A stretch of 32,000 nucleotides of DNA, taken from an uncultured Opitutales bacterium. GTDB taxonomy: Bacteria; Verrucomicrobiota; Verrucomicrobiia; Opitutales; Intestinicryptomonadaceae. The stretch is taken from contig CAKTSY010000002.1 of NCBI GenBank assembly GCA_934613415.1, forward strand, positions 150,001 through 182,000, in the 5' to 3' direction. The translations under genes and the position numbers were made by a program. Of this stretch, positions 1 through 8,738 are shown piece by piece. Numbering within the stretch: position 1 is the first letter of the stretch; every line of letters begins with the position of its first letter. The notes under the pieces were generated by a model. It had not been told where the DNA came from and did not search any database. It was given only the letters and a program-made list of their open reading frames with translations.

Positions 1-443
1 CCAAAAAGTATGCCGCAGCTTGCAACGCTAACGACAAGGTCGCCTATATACAAAAAGGGCAGTTTGCGCGACTTTGCAAAAAGCCACGCCGCCAAAATTA
101 CGCCTATAAAGCCGCCGTGGCTCGCCATTCCGCCGTGCCATACATAAAAGAGCTCGAGCGGGTTTTCGCAAAGCTCGCCGAATTTATAGAACAGCATATA
201 GCCGAGCCTGCCACCGAGCAGTACGCCGAAAAGCATATAGCATATAAGCGAGGAATTGTCGTCGGCGGTTAGTTTGCTTATGCGCTTTTTTGAATACAGG
301 TTAAAAAGCAGCAACGCAGCAACAAAGCCCGCCAAATACGAAAGCCCGTACCACCTTATTCCTTCCAGAAAGAACCCCTGCGGAAAATGCACTGCAAAAG
401 GGTCGAAATTCACAATATATTTGCCTGAAAAAAGATTGAACAT
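1..443 (-). CDS. lgt: Prolipoprotein diacylglyceryl transferase (Lgt), N-terminal ~147 codons; the gene runs off the left edge of the window
   Basis: Absent from the ORF track because it is truncated by the window edge. My own translation of the minus strand from ATG 443..441 gives MFNLFSGKYIVNFDPFAVHFPQGFFLEGIRWYGLSYLAGFVAALLLFNLY...LGGRLGYMLFY...VWHGGMASHGGFIGVILAAWLF. This matches the Lgt N-terminus (IRWYG, GGRLGY and GGMxxHGG motifs). An in-frame TAA lies 6 codons upstream of the ATG. Confidence 0.85.
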   Translation of the reverse strand, partial: MFNLFSGKYIVNFDPFAVHFPQGFFLEGIRWYGLSYLAGFVAALLLFNLYSKKRISKLTADDNSSLICYMLFGVLLGGRLGYMLFYKFGELCENPLELFYVWHGGMASHGGFIGVILAAWLFAKSRKLPFLYIGDLVVSVASCGILF

Positions 444-510
444 TGCTACTCTTATGCTTTAATTTTAAGTACAGTAAAAAATAATTGCTAAAAATAGCGA
501 GTTTAAATTT

Positions 511-1926
511 ATGGCACAATTCGACATAAAACAGGTTGTATCCGAAAATTTCGGGCGAAACTACGAACTTCACGACAAATATGTGAACAGAACTTTGGCG
601 AAGGTTTTAAGGACAATAGGCTTCGACAAGGTGTATAAGTCGGCAAAAGGCGCATATTTGTACGACGCCGAAGGCAACGATTATATGGACTTTTTAAGCG
701 GCTACGGCGTTTTCGGACTTGGGCGCAACCACCCCGTAGTTGGCAAGGCCATTAAAGACGCAATAGATATGGATTTGTCGAATATGGTGCAGCTAGACTG
801 CGCGCTGCTTAGCGGCTTGCTTGCCGAGCAGTTGGTCAAGCGCGCGGGCGGCAAAAGAGACGCCGTGTTCCTCTGCAATTCGGGCACCGAGGCCAACGAA
901 GGCGCGGTAAAATTTGCAAGGGCGCACACTGGAAGGCCGCGCGTGCTTTCTACCACGGGCGGCTACCACGGGCTGACGTATGGGTCTATGTCGCTTACGG
1001 TTGCCCCGTGCTTTCAGGAAAACTACGGGCCCTTTGTGCCGGGGTTTTCTGCCGTAAAGTTCAACGACCTAGAAGCCCTTGAAACCGAACTTAAAAAGGG
1101 CGATGTTGCAGCCTTTATATTCGAACCCATTCAAGGCCACGGCGTATATTTGCCCAACGACGACTACTACCCAAAAGCGCAGGCATTGTGCCAAAAATAC
1201 GGTACGCTTTTTATTGCCGACGAAGTTCAGACGGGCTTGGGCAGAACGGGTAAAATGTTTGCGTTTGAGCACTGGAATTTAGACCCCGACATTGTTACCG
1301 TTGCAAAAACCCTTAGTGGCGGATACGTTCCGGTGGCCGCCTTTATAACCACAAGGGCAATTCACCAAAGCTCATTTTCGACGCTTGAAAAGTGCGTTGT
1401 ACACTCTACAACATTCGGCAGAAACAATTTGGCGTGCGTAGCCGGCTTGGCTTCGCTTGCGGTTTTAGACGACGAAAAGCTTGTAGACCGCTCGCGCGAT
1501 ATGGGCGCAAAGCTGGTTGCCGAAATACAAAAGTTGCAGGACAAATACGACTTTATAAAAGAGGTAAGAGGCCGCGGCACTATGATTGCCATAGAGTTTA
1601 GAGAGCCCAAGAAAATGCTGCAAAAAATTGCATGGAAAACAATGAAGGCGGCAAACAAGGCATTGTTTATACAAATGCTAGTTTCCGCAATGATGGAAAA
1701 GCACAGGATTTTAACGCAGGTTGCAAACCACAATTCCGACTGTATGAAAATTTTGCCCCCCTATATCATTACCGATAAGGAGATAGACCGCTTTGTAAGC
1801 TCGCTAGACGATGTTCTTAGCCATGTCGGCAACATTGCGGGCAGCTTCTTCGGCTTCGGCAAAAGGCTTATGTCGGCGGCAGCCGAGCAAAACGCAAGCC
1901 TAAAGGAAATGGAAAAGTCGAAATAA
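511..1926 (+). CDS. Class-III PLP-dependent aminotransferase (acetylornithine/ornithine/putrescine/GABA aminotransferase family); substrate not assignable
   Basis: ATG at 511, 471 aa. Motifs seen: GLGRNHP, NSGTEANEGAVKFAR, ADEVQTGLGRTG, and the PLP-lysine context VAKTLSGG. Divergent from lgt across an AT-rich 67-nt spacer. Confidence 0.85.
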   Translation: MAQFDIKQVVSENFGRNYELHDKYVNRTLAKVLRTIGFDKVYKSAKGAYLYDAEGNDYMDFLSGYGVFGLGRNHPVVGKAIKDAIDMDLSNMVQLDCALLSGLLAEQLVKRAGGKRDAVFLCNSGTEANEGAVKFARAHTGRPRVLSTTGGYHGLTYGSMSLTVAPCFQENYGPFVPGFSAVKFNDLEALETELKKGDVAAFIFEPIQGHGVYLPNDDYYPKAQALCQKYGTLFIADEVQTGLGRTGKMFAFEHWNLDPDIVTVAKTLSGGYVPVAAFITTRAIHQSSFSTLEKCVVHSTTFGRNNLACVAGLASLAVLDDEKLVDRSRDMGAKLVAEIQKLQDKYDFIKEVRGRGTMIAIEFREPKKMLQKIAWKTMKAANKALFIQMLVSAMMEKHRILTQVANHNSDCMKILPPYIITDKEIDRFVSSLDDVLSHVGNIAGSFFGFGKRLMSAAAEQNASLKEMEKSK

Positions 1927-2625
1927 ATGATTGACTATAATGAATTTCTGGAAAACTGCGCAAAGATAAACGAGCGCATTGCCCTAGCCTGCGAAAAATG
2001 CGGACGAAAGACGGAAAGCGTAAAGCTTATGCCCGTAACGAAAACGCACCCGGTAGATGCCGCTTTGTTTGCCTATAAGGCGGGCTACAAGGCTGTTGGC
2101 GAAAACAGAGTGCAAGAGGCAGTCTCGAAAATTCCGCTTGCCCCGTTGGATTTGCAGTGGGAGCTTATTGGACACCTTCAAAGCAACAAGGCAAATTTGG
2201 CGATTTCGCACTTTGCAAGAATACAGAGTGTAGACTCCGTAAAGTTGGTAGAAAAACTTAACAACCACGCAAAAGAGCTGGGCAAAACAATGCGTATTTT
2301 GCTTCAGATAAACGCGGGCAACGACCCCGCAAAGTTCGGAGCCGACATTCAAGACGCCCCAGCCCTTGCCGAAGCCGCATTAAAATGCGAACACCTAAAG
2401 GTTGAAGGACTTATGACAATAGCCCCTTTAGATTCCAATTTAGACACGGCCTCTAAGTGCTTTTGCAAGTTGCGCGAAATAAGGGACTTGCTTGAAAGCG
2501 AATTTTCGGTTAAGTTGCAAGAGTTGTCGATGGGTATGTCGGGCGACTTAGAGCGCGCAATACAAGAAGGGGCAACACTTATAAGGGTTGGCACTGCACT
2601 ATTTGGCGAAAGATATTATGGATAA
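1927..2625 (+). CDS. yggS: YggS-family pyridoxal-phosphate homeostasis protein (alanine racemase N-terminal fold)
   Basis: 232 aa. Motifs seen: PVTKTHP (PLP lysine), GENRVQE, LIGHLQSNK, SMGMSGD, IRVGTALFG. The ATG immediately follows the TAA of the upstream aminotransferase (0-nt spacer). Confidence 0.85.
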   Translation: MIDYNEFLENCAKINERIALACEKCGRKTESVKLMPVTKTHPVDAALFAYKAGYKAVGENRVQEAVSKIPLAPLDLQWELIGHLQSNKANLAISHFARIQSVDSVKLVEKLNNHAKELGKTMRILLQINAGNDPAKFGADIQDAPALAEAALKCEHLKVEGLMTIAPLDSNLDTASKCFCKLREIRDLLESEFSVKLQELSMGMSGDLERAIQEGATLIRVGTALFGERYYG

Positions 2626-3505
2626 GGTATATCTGCCCGAAAATTTGCCCGAGATGGACTTGCCCGAAATACCCCTTGCGGTTTTTGGCGACCCCATTGC
2701 CCACAGCTTAAGCCCCCTAATGCAGAGGGCGGCTCTAGACTTTTTGGGAATTGGGCAAAAGGCAAAATACTATAAATTCAAAGTTTCGGCAGATTCTTTA
2801 GAAAGCGTTTTGCCCAAGTTTGCAGAAAAAAATTTTTGGGGGCTAAACCTTACTATACCCCTAAAAGAGAAGGTGTTGCAAATAATAGACAAAACCGACG
2901 ACCTTTCAAAAATGTGCGGGGCGTGTAATACTTTAAAACGAGAGGGTTCTTCGTGGGTAGGCTTTAATACCGACGGCTTTGGCATAGAGTGCTCGCTTAA
3001 GGTGAATTTCGGCAAAAGTTTTTACGGCGAAAGCATTTTGATTTTCGGCGCGGGCGGCGCGGCAAAAGGGACTGCCTTTGCCGCGGCAATAGGCGGCGCA
3101 AAGAAGATATATATTGCAAACCGCACAAAAGAAAAGGCCGAAGCCCTTGCTAAGTCGCTAAGAGACAACGGCTTTAATGCGGTTGCCTACACCGAAAATT
3201 GGGCAAAAAAAATAGGCGTTATAATAAACGCAACTTCGCTCGGGTTAAAAGAAAGCGACAATGCCGTTTGCGATTTTACGCAGTTCGAAAAATCGGCGGT
3301 ATTTTGCGATATGGTATATAAAGCAAAAGGGCAAACAATTTCACAACTTGCGGCGGACAAGCAAAATATAAAATCGTGCTCGGGTATTTCAATGCTGGCT
3401 TGGCAGGGGGCAAAATCGCTTCAACACTGGTTCGGGTTCGATTCCGAAACGCTCTTTAAGACGGGCAAGTTAATGGAAAAAACATTAAGGGATAACGCAA
3501 AATGA
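2618..3505 (+). CDS. aroE: Shikimate dehydrogenase AroE
   Basis: Motifs seen: FGDPIAHSLSPLMQ, NLTIPLKE, NTDGFG, and the Rossmann motif IFGAGGAAKG. The track start at 2588 is a TTG. I prefer the ATG at 2618, which overlaps the yggS stop by 8 nt (ATGGATAA). Confidence 0.85.
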   Translation: MDKVYLPENLPEMDLPEIPLAVFGDPIAHSLSPLMQRAALDFLGIGQKAKYYKFKVSADSLESVLPKFAEKNFWGLNLTIPLKEKVLQIIDKTDDLSKMCGACNTLKREGSSWVGFNTDGFGIECSLKVNFGKSFYGESILIFGAGGAAKGTAFAAAIGGAKKIYIANRTKEKAEALAKSLRDNGFNAVAYTENWAKKIGVIINATSLGLKESDNAVCDFTQFEKSAVFCDMVYKAKGQTISQLAADKQNIKSCSGISMLAWQGAKSLQHWFGFDSETLFKTGKLMEKTLRDNAK

Positions 3506-4368
3506 CGCTTTCGCAACTGCAATATTTTACCGAGATTGTCTGGAACGTGTTTTTCTTTATGTTCGGAGCTTGCGTTGGCAGTTTCTTGAATGTGTGTATC
3601 TTGCGAATTCCAAAAGGCGAATCGCTAGTAAAACCGCCGTCTCATTGTGCGTGCGGCGCTCCCATAAAGTGGTATAACAATATACCAATTTTAAGCTGGT
3701 TTATTTTAAGGGGCAAAGCTCCCTGTTGCGGCCGCAGGTTTTCGTTTAGGTATGCTTTTGTAGAGATTCTTACGGCGTGCCTATTTTTGCTATGCAGGTT
3801 GCATTTTTCGGATTATGCTACAGGTTATGTATTTATGTTCTTTTGCTGCATTATGCTAGTTGCAGCCTTTATAGACATAGATACAATGTATTTGCCCGAT
3901 TTCCTTACTGCGGGCGGAGCCTTTACAGGGCTTATTTTGTCGATAATATTTCCGCAAATTCACAATTTAACCTTAAGCGGAATTTTTGCTGTAGATGCCT
4001 TTAAAGGCGCGATAATTTCGGTTATAGGAATGACGGTTGGGGCGGGCAGCGTTGCAATTATAAGGTACTTTTCGCAAATAGTTTTGGGTAAGGAAGCTAT
4101 GGGCGAAGGCGATGTGATTTTGGCGATTGCAATAGGCGCGTTTTGCGGCTGGCAAGGGGCGTTGTTTGCACTCTTTGGGGGGTCTGTTATAGGGGCAATA
4201 TTGCTTATGCCTATGTATCCGTTTATAAAGCACAAAGCAAAGGCAAACGAAGGCTTGGCGGTTCCCTTTGGCCCGTGGTTGACGTTGGGGGCGTTGCTTT
4301 ATGTGTTGTGGCTAAACCCCTATGTTATAGACTATTTTGACGGGGTAAAAAAGCTTCTTTGTATGTAG
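3502..4368 (+). CDS. pilD: Type IV prepilin peptidase / N-methyltransferase (peptidase A24, PilD/GspO family)
   Basis: 288 aa polytopic membrane protein. N-terminal GACVGSFLNVCILRIP is followed by a Cys-rich loop (HCACGAP...NIPILSWFILRGKAPCCGRRFS). The two Asp-containing A24 blocks are present (AFIDIDTMYLPD and GEGDVIL). ATGA overlap with the aroE stop. Confidence 0.85.
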   Translation: MTLSQLQYFTEIVWNVFFFMFGACVGSFLNVCILRIPKGESLVKPPSHCACGAPIKWYNNIPILSWFILRGKAPCCGRRFSFRYAFVEILTACLFLLCRLHFSDYATGYVFMFFCCIMLVAAFIDIDTMYLPDFLTAGGAFTGLILSIIFPQIHNLTLSGIFAVDAFKGAIISVIGMTVGAGSVAIIRYFSQIVLGKEAMGEGDVILAIAIGAFCGWQGALFALFGGSVIGAILLMPMYPFIKHKAKANEGLAVPFGPWLTLGALLYVLWLNPYVIDYFDGVKKLLCM

Positions 4369-4371
4369 TTT

Positions 4372-5289
4372 ATGGCGCAGGATAACGACATTTGCATAAA
4401 TTCGTTTTTGGAGATGATTGGCGGGCAACGCCGCTACTCGAAATATACCGTGCGCAACTATAAAAAGGCGGTGCTAGATTGGTATATGTGGCTTAAAGGC
4501 AACGAGTTCTTTAAAGGCGATATAGCCGCAGTAGACAAAATTTTGGCAAAAAATTATGCGGCATATCTTATAGATAAATATAATAGGGCTACTGCAAAAA
4601 ACAGGATTTCGGCGTTAAGTAGTTTTTATAACTATTTAGTGTGCAGCAATTCGTGCGAAGAAAACCCATTTGCTGCAATACCAAAACCCAAGAGCGAAAA
4701 GAATTTGCCTGTGTTTATGACCGAAAGCCAAATTCCGCGCCTGCTAGACGCGCCCGAAGCACTTTTGGCAAAGGGGCAAATTAGCGAAGACGATGCCGTG
4801 CGCGACAGAATTTGCCTTGAAGTTTTGTATGGTTCGGGCTTGCGTATAAGCGAGTTATGCGCATTAAAATGGAGCGATTTAGATTTGACAAGCCCTGCAA
4901 GTATGCGAATTTTGGGCAAGGGCAATAAGATAAGAATTTGCGCCCTTACAAAGGCGGCTGTTGAATTGCTTGTGCTTTGGCGCAAAAATTACAGACCTAC
5001 TTGCACTGCAAACGATTATGTCTTTTGCGACACTAAGGGAAACGCAATGTATCCGCGCCATTTGCAGCGTAATTTAAAAAAATATTTGCTTTGGGCAAAT
5101 TTGCCAAGCAACATAACCCCGCACAAGTTAAGGCACTCGTTTGCAACGCATTTGGTTAATGCCGGTATGGATTTGCGTAGCTTGCAGACTTTGTTGGGGC
5201 ACGCAAGTTTGTCTACAACACAAATATACACACATATAGGCTTAAAGAAAATACGCGCCGAATATAAGATGGCGCACCCCCACGGATAA
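4372..5289 (+). CDS. xerC: Tyrosine site-specific recombinase, XerC/XerD family
   Basis: 305 aa. Catalytic signature present: GLRISE (Arg), HKLRHSFATHL (His-x-x-Arg), LLGHASLSTTQIYTH (His and the Tyr nucleophile). XerC and XerD cannot be told apart by eye. Housekeeping context, with no att-like or phage neighbours. Confidence 0.8.
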   Translation: MAQDNDICINSFLEMIGGQRRYSKYTVRNYKKAVLDWYMWLKGNEFFKGDIAAVDKILAKNYAAYLIDKYNRATAKNRISALSSFYNYLVCSNSCEENPFAAIPKPKSEKNLPVFMTESQIPRLLDAPEALLAKGQISEDDAVRDRICLEVLYGSGLRISELCALKWSDLDLTSPASMRILGKGNKIRICALTKAAVELLVLWRKNYRPTCTANDYVFCDTKGNAMYPRHLQRNLKKYLLWANLPSNITPHKLRHSFATHLVNAGMDLRSLQTLLGHASLSTTQIYTHIGLKKIRAEYKMAHPHG

Positions 5290-5294
5290 AATTT

Positions 5295-6863
5295 ATGAAA
5301 CACGATTTTTCTTGGATAGAAAAAAGAAACGCGGGCATTTTTGCCCACATTAGCAGCTTGCCATCGCTGCAGGGCATAGGCAACATTGGTTATAGTGCGC
5401 AAAACTTTTTAGAGTACCTTAAGCTTGCTAAGGTAAAGTATTGGCAGATATGTCCCCTTAGCCCAACATCTTACGGCGACAGCCCCTATCAGTCGTTTTC
5501 GGCGTATGCTGGCAACACCTATTTTATAGATTTTAGACAGTTGGCGGCCACTGGCGTTTTGGACTATTCCGACTTGCGCGAAATAGAGTCTTTACCGCAC
5601 GACCATTGCGATTACGGCGCGCTATATAAATTTATGCCGCCTCTTATTGCAAAGGCAGCGCATAACTTTTTTAGCAATAAAAGCGCGGCAAAAGCCCTAA
5701 GTGATTGTTTTGGGCAAACATACGAAATTTTTTGCAAAAAAAACGCCTTTTGGCTAAACGACTACGCTTTGTTTGACGCTTTAAAAAAGGAGTTTTCGGG
5801 GGCAGCTTGGACGCAGTGGCCTAAAGAATTTAAAAATTATAACTTAGCTAAAAAACAAAAACTTACAAAAACTATCGTCGATGCCGAAAACACTGCAAAG
5901 TTTGCCCAATGGGTGTTCTTTTCTCAGTATGCTAAAACCAAAAAAATTGCAAACGGCTACGGCATAGAAATTATAGGCGATATGCCCATTTTTGTGGCAA
6001 AAGACAGTGCCGATTTGTGGGCAAACCCCGAAATATTCGATACTTGCAAAGACGGATCGCTTAGGGTTGTAGCAGGGGTGGGCCCCGACTACTTTTCGCC
6101 CGAAGGCCAGCTTTGGGGCAACCCCCTATACGACTGGAAAAACTCCTACGATAAGTGCTTGGAATTCTGGAAGAAAAGAATTTCTAAAGCTTTGGAAATT
6201 TACGATGTTATTAGGCTAGACCACTTTAGGGCTTTTGCCGACTACTGGGCGGTAGAAGCTACAGCTAAAACCGCATTAAACGGCAAGTGGCTAAAAGGCC
6301 CTGGTGTTAAGTTCTTTGACGCCATAAAGAAAGAATTTACTAACGCAAAATTTATTGCCGAAGACTTGGGGTTATTAAGCCAGGCCGCCTGCGACTTGCG
6401 CGACGAGCTTAACATTCCCGCAATGGCAGTTTTGCAATTTGCGTTCGATTCTGACACAAACAATGCGTATTTGCCATTCAACCAAAAACAAAACCTTGTT
6501 TGCTATGTTGGCACGCACGACAACGATACAGCAACTTCTTGGTACGAAACGGCTTCGGAACGTGCAAAAGATTATTTTAGACGCTATTTTAGAACGGCCG
6601 CAAAAGACCCGAATTGGGATATGATATATGGAGCAATGTTTTCGCCCGCAAAAATTGGCATAATTATGCTGCAAGACATTCTCGGTTTGGGCGGTTTTGC
6701 CAGAATGAATACCCCGGGCAAGCCCTTCGGCAACTGGCAGTGGCGTGTAAGTCAGCAACTTCTTGACAATTCAAAACATACGTCGCTAGGCTATTTCAGG
6801 TATTTGTGCGAAATATCGGGCAGGGCCTTTGTTGCAACTAATTCGCCTAAAAAAGAGTTGTAA
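5295..6863 (+). CDS. malQ: 4-alpha-glucanotransferase (amylomaltase, GH77)
   Basis: 522 aa. Motifs seen: N-terminal AGIFAHISSLPS..GIGNIG, SPYQSFSAYAGN, GIEIIGDMPIFVA, WGNPLYDW, IRLDHFRAF, AEDLG, YVGTHDNDT. Confidence 0.9.
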   Translation: MKHDFSWIEKRNAGIFAHISSLPSLQGIGNIGYSAQNFLEYLKLAKVKYWQICPLSPTSYGDSPYQSFSAYAGNTYFIDFRQLAATGVLDYSDLREIESLPHDHCDYGALYKFMPPLIAKAAHNFFSNKSAAKALSDCFGQTYEIFCKKNAFWLNDYALFDALKKEFSGAAWTQWPKEFKNYNLAKKQKLTKTIVDAENTAKFAQWVFFSQYAKTKKIANGYGIEIIGDMPIFVAKDSADLWANPEIFDTCKDGSLRVVAGVGPDYFSPEGQLWGNPLYDWKNSYDKCLEFWKKRISKALEIYDVIRLDHFRAFADYWAVEATAKTALNGKWLKGPGVKFFDAIKKEFTNAKFIAEDLGLLSQAACDLRDELNIPAMAVLQFAFDSDTNNAYLPFNQKQNLVCYVGTHDNDTATSWYETASERAKDYFRRYFRTAAKDPNWDMIYGAMFSPAKIGIIMLQDILGLGGFARMNTPGKPFGNWQWRVSQQLLDNSKHTSLGYFRYLCEISGRAFVATNSPKKEL

Positions 6864-6865
6864 TT

Positions 6866-6890
6866 TTCGATAAAGTGGTAGATTATCGAA
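6866..6890 (+). promoter_or_regulatory. Perfect 8-bp inverted repeat TTCGATAA-N9-TTATCGAA in the 35-nt malQ-ptsI spacer; either an RNA hairpin or an operator
   Basis: Read directly from the sequence (arms 6866-6873 and 6883-6890). It ends 8 nt before the ptsI ATG. An 8-bp inverted repeat is only weakly significant statistically. Confidence 0.25.
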
Positions 6891-6898
6891 GATAAAAA

Positions 6899-8683
6899 AT
6901 GGAACAGGACTTTGACAGCAGCGAGCTGCGCGACGAACGCAAGCTTATGGGCATTGCGGCCTCGAATGGCATTGTTTTAGGCAACGTATTCTTCATCTCG
7001 CACGGAGATATAGAAGTTACCCACTATCAAATTTCCGATTCCGACATAGACAACGAAATTGCCAGGCTAAAAGCAGCCTTGGCAAAGACGCGCGAAGACG
7101 TGCTTGCCGTTAAAAACGAAATAGCAGGCCGCGTAGGCGAGGCTGAAGCTAGCATATTCGACGCCCACCTTTTGGTTATAGAAGACGTTGCCTTGATAGA
7201 CGAAACTATAAGGCTTTTGCGCGAAACAAAATACAACGTAGACTATTGCTACCAAATGGCGGTAAAAAAATTCATTGCCGCTTTCGGCGAAATAGACGAC
7301 GCATTTATACGCGAGCGCATTGCCGATATTGAAGACGTTTCGCGCAGGGTTATAAACAATTTGCTTGGCAAAGAAAATTCGGCAACATACAGGCTTAGTC
7401 ACCCGAAGATTATAGCCAGCAGCGACTTTGCGCCCTCCGACTTTGCATTGCTAGATAAGTCTAACATATTGGGCATTGTAACCGAAAAGGGTTCTCAAAC
7501 AAGCCACACGGCAATAATGGCAAGGTCTATGAAGGTTCCCTGCATAGTAGGGCTTTCGGGGCTAACCGAAAAACTTGCCACAAACGACTTTGTTTTGGTA
7601 GACGGCTATAGCGGAACGCTTTTTATAAACCCTTTAAAGGAAACTACCGAGCGATACGCGCAGGTTGAAACTTCGCATAAGCAGATGGATATGCTGCTTA
7701 GAACTTCGCTGCCTTCGCCCAACGAATTGAAAAGCGGCGAAAAGTTCGACATAGATTTAAACATTAGCGGCCTTGCCGATTTAGACGATTTTTCCGTTCA
7801 AAATTCAAGCGGAGTGGGCTTGTTTAGAACCGAAAACTATTTTATAAATTCGGGCAGTTTCCCTTCGGAAGAAGAGCAGTATAACGTATATAAGTCGGTT
7901 GTCGAAAAAATGGGCGGCAAGCCCGTTATAATAAGAACGCTAGACTTGGGTGGCGATAAAAACTTTGCCCTTTTAAACCTTTCAAAAAAAGAGCAAAACC
8001 CCTTTATGGGCTACAGGGCAATACGCTTTTGCCTAGACCACGAAGACATTTTTATGAACCAATTGCGCGCCTTGCTTAGGGCTTCGGCACACGGTTCGCT
8101 AAAGATAATGTTCCCGATGATAAGCGCGCCTTCAGAGCTTAGAAAGGCAAAGCAGTTTTTAGAAGCTGCAAAAACCGAGCTTAGAACAAAGGGTTTGCCT
8201 TTCGACGAAAACGTAAAGGTTGGAATGATGATAGAAGTGCCTTCGGCAGCCATTATGGCAGATATTTTTGCCGATATGTGCGACTTTATAAGCGTGGGTA
8301 CTAACGACCTAACCCAATATATGTTTGCCGTAGACAGGGTAAACGACAAGGTTGCCTATTTATACGAACCTGCAAGCCCTGCAATGGTTAGGGTGCTAGA
8401 GCACATTGCAAAGGCAGGTTCGGAAAAGTGCTCCGTTTCGGTTTGCGGCGAGCTGGCATCAGACCCGATTTTTGCACCGCTTTTGATTGGTTTGGGCATT
8501 ACGCATTTAAGTATGTCTTCTTCGGCAATACCCGAGGTTAAATTTTTGCTGCGCAAAATAACTCTTGCCGAGGCAAAAGAATTGGCTGCAAACCTTATGC
8601 AGATAAAAACGGCAAGGGGCGTTAGGGGTTCTTTGCGCGAGTTTTATTATATGAAAATGAAAGACTACCTAAAGTTGCCCTAG
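6899..8683 (+). CDS. ptsI: Phosphoenolpyruvate-protein phosphotransferase (PTS Enzyme I)
   Basis: 594 aa. Motifs seen: phospho-His motif GSQTSHTAIMARSMKVPCIVG, LGGDK, FMGYRAIR, ISVGTNDLTQY. No HPr or EII genes are present in the window. Confidence 0.9.
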   Translation: MEQDFDSSELRDERKLMGIAASNGIVLGNVFFISHGDIEVTHYQISDSDIDNEIARLKAALAKTREDVLAVKNEIAGRVGEAEASIFDAHLLVIEDVALIDETIRLLRETKYNVDYCYQMAVKKFIAAFGEIDDAFIRERIADIEDVSRRVINNLLGKENSATYRLSHPKIIASSDFAPSDFALLDKSNILGIVTEKGSQTSHTAIMARSMKVPCIVGLSGLTEKLATNDFVLVDGYSGTLFINPLKETTERYAQVETSHKQMDMLLRTSLPSPNELKSGEKFDIDLNISGLADLDDFSVQNSSGVGLFRTENYFINSGSFPSEEEQYNVYKSVVEKMGGKPVIIRTLDLGGDKNFALLNLSKKEQNPFMGYRAIRFCLDHEDIFMNQLRALLRASAHGSLKIMFPMISAPSELRKAKQFLEAAKTELRTKGLPFDENVKVGMMIEVPSAAIMADIFADMCDFISVGTNDLTQYMFAVDRVNDKVAYLYEPASPAMVRVLEHIAKAGSEKCSVSVCGELASDPIFAPLLIGLGITHLSMSSSAIPEVKFLLRKITLAEAKELAANLMQIKTARGVRGSLREFYYMKMKDYLKLP

Positions 8684-8709
8684 TTGTTATCCTAAAAGAT
8701 TTTTATTTT

Positions 8710-8738
8710 GGCGCGTACTTTTTCTACGCGCCTTTTTT
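8710..8738. terminator. Rho-independent terminator between convergent ptsI and the DUF4838-like gene, probably bidirectional
   Basis: GGCGCGTA-ctttttc-TACGCGCC (perfect 8-bp GC-rich stem) followed by TTTTTT. The A/T-rich tract on the other side could serve the minus-strand gene. Confidence 0.75.

Noticed and set aside
256-573. Track ORFs 256-462 (+, TTG start) and 301-573 (-).
   Set aside because: Both overlap the confidently identified lgt 5' end and/or the aminotransferase start, in other frames. Neither has motifs.
2588-2617. An upstream TTG start for aroE. Similarly, a TTG start at 29858 for rpoD and an ATG at 27646 for the small secreted protein.
   Set aside because: Downstream ATG codons give more typical N-termini: a conserved AroE start region, MASKK for rpoD without overlapping the dnaG stop, and a proper signal peptide for the small protein. 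The longer versions cannot be strictly excluded.
3435-3445. GGTTCGATTCC, a perfect tRNA T-arm-like motif.
   Set aside because: It lies inside aroE (encoding ...HWFGFDSETL...). No acceptor, D or anticodon arms can be built around it. This is a chance match.
4372-5289. The tyrosine recombinase as a possible integrase marking a mobile element or genomic island.
   Set aside because: It has the XerC/XerD-type length and motifs. It is translationally packed between pilD and malQ. There is no flanking tRNA, direct repeats, phage or conjugation genes, or visible compositional shift.
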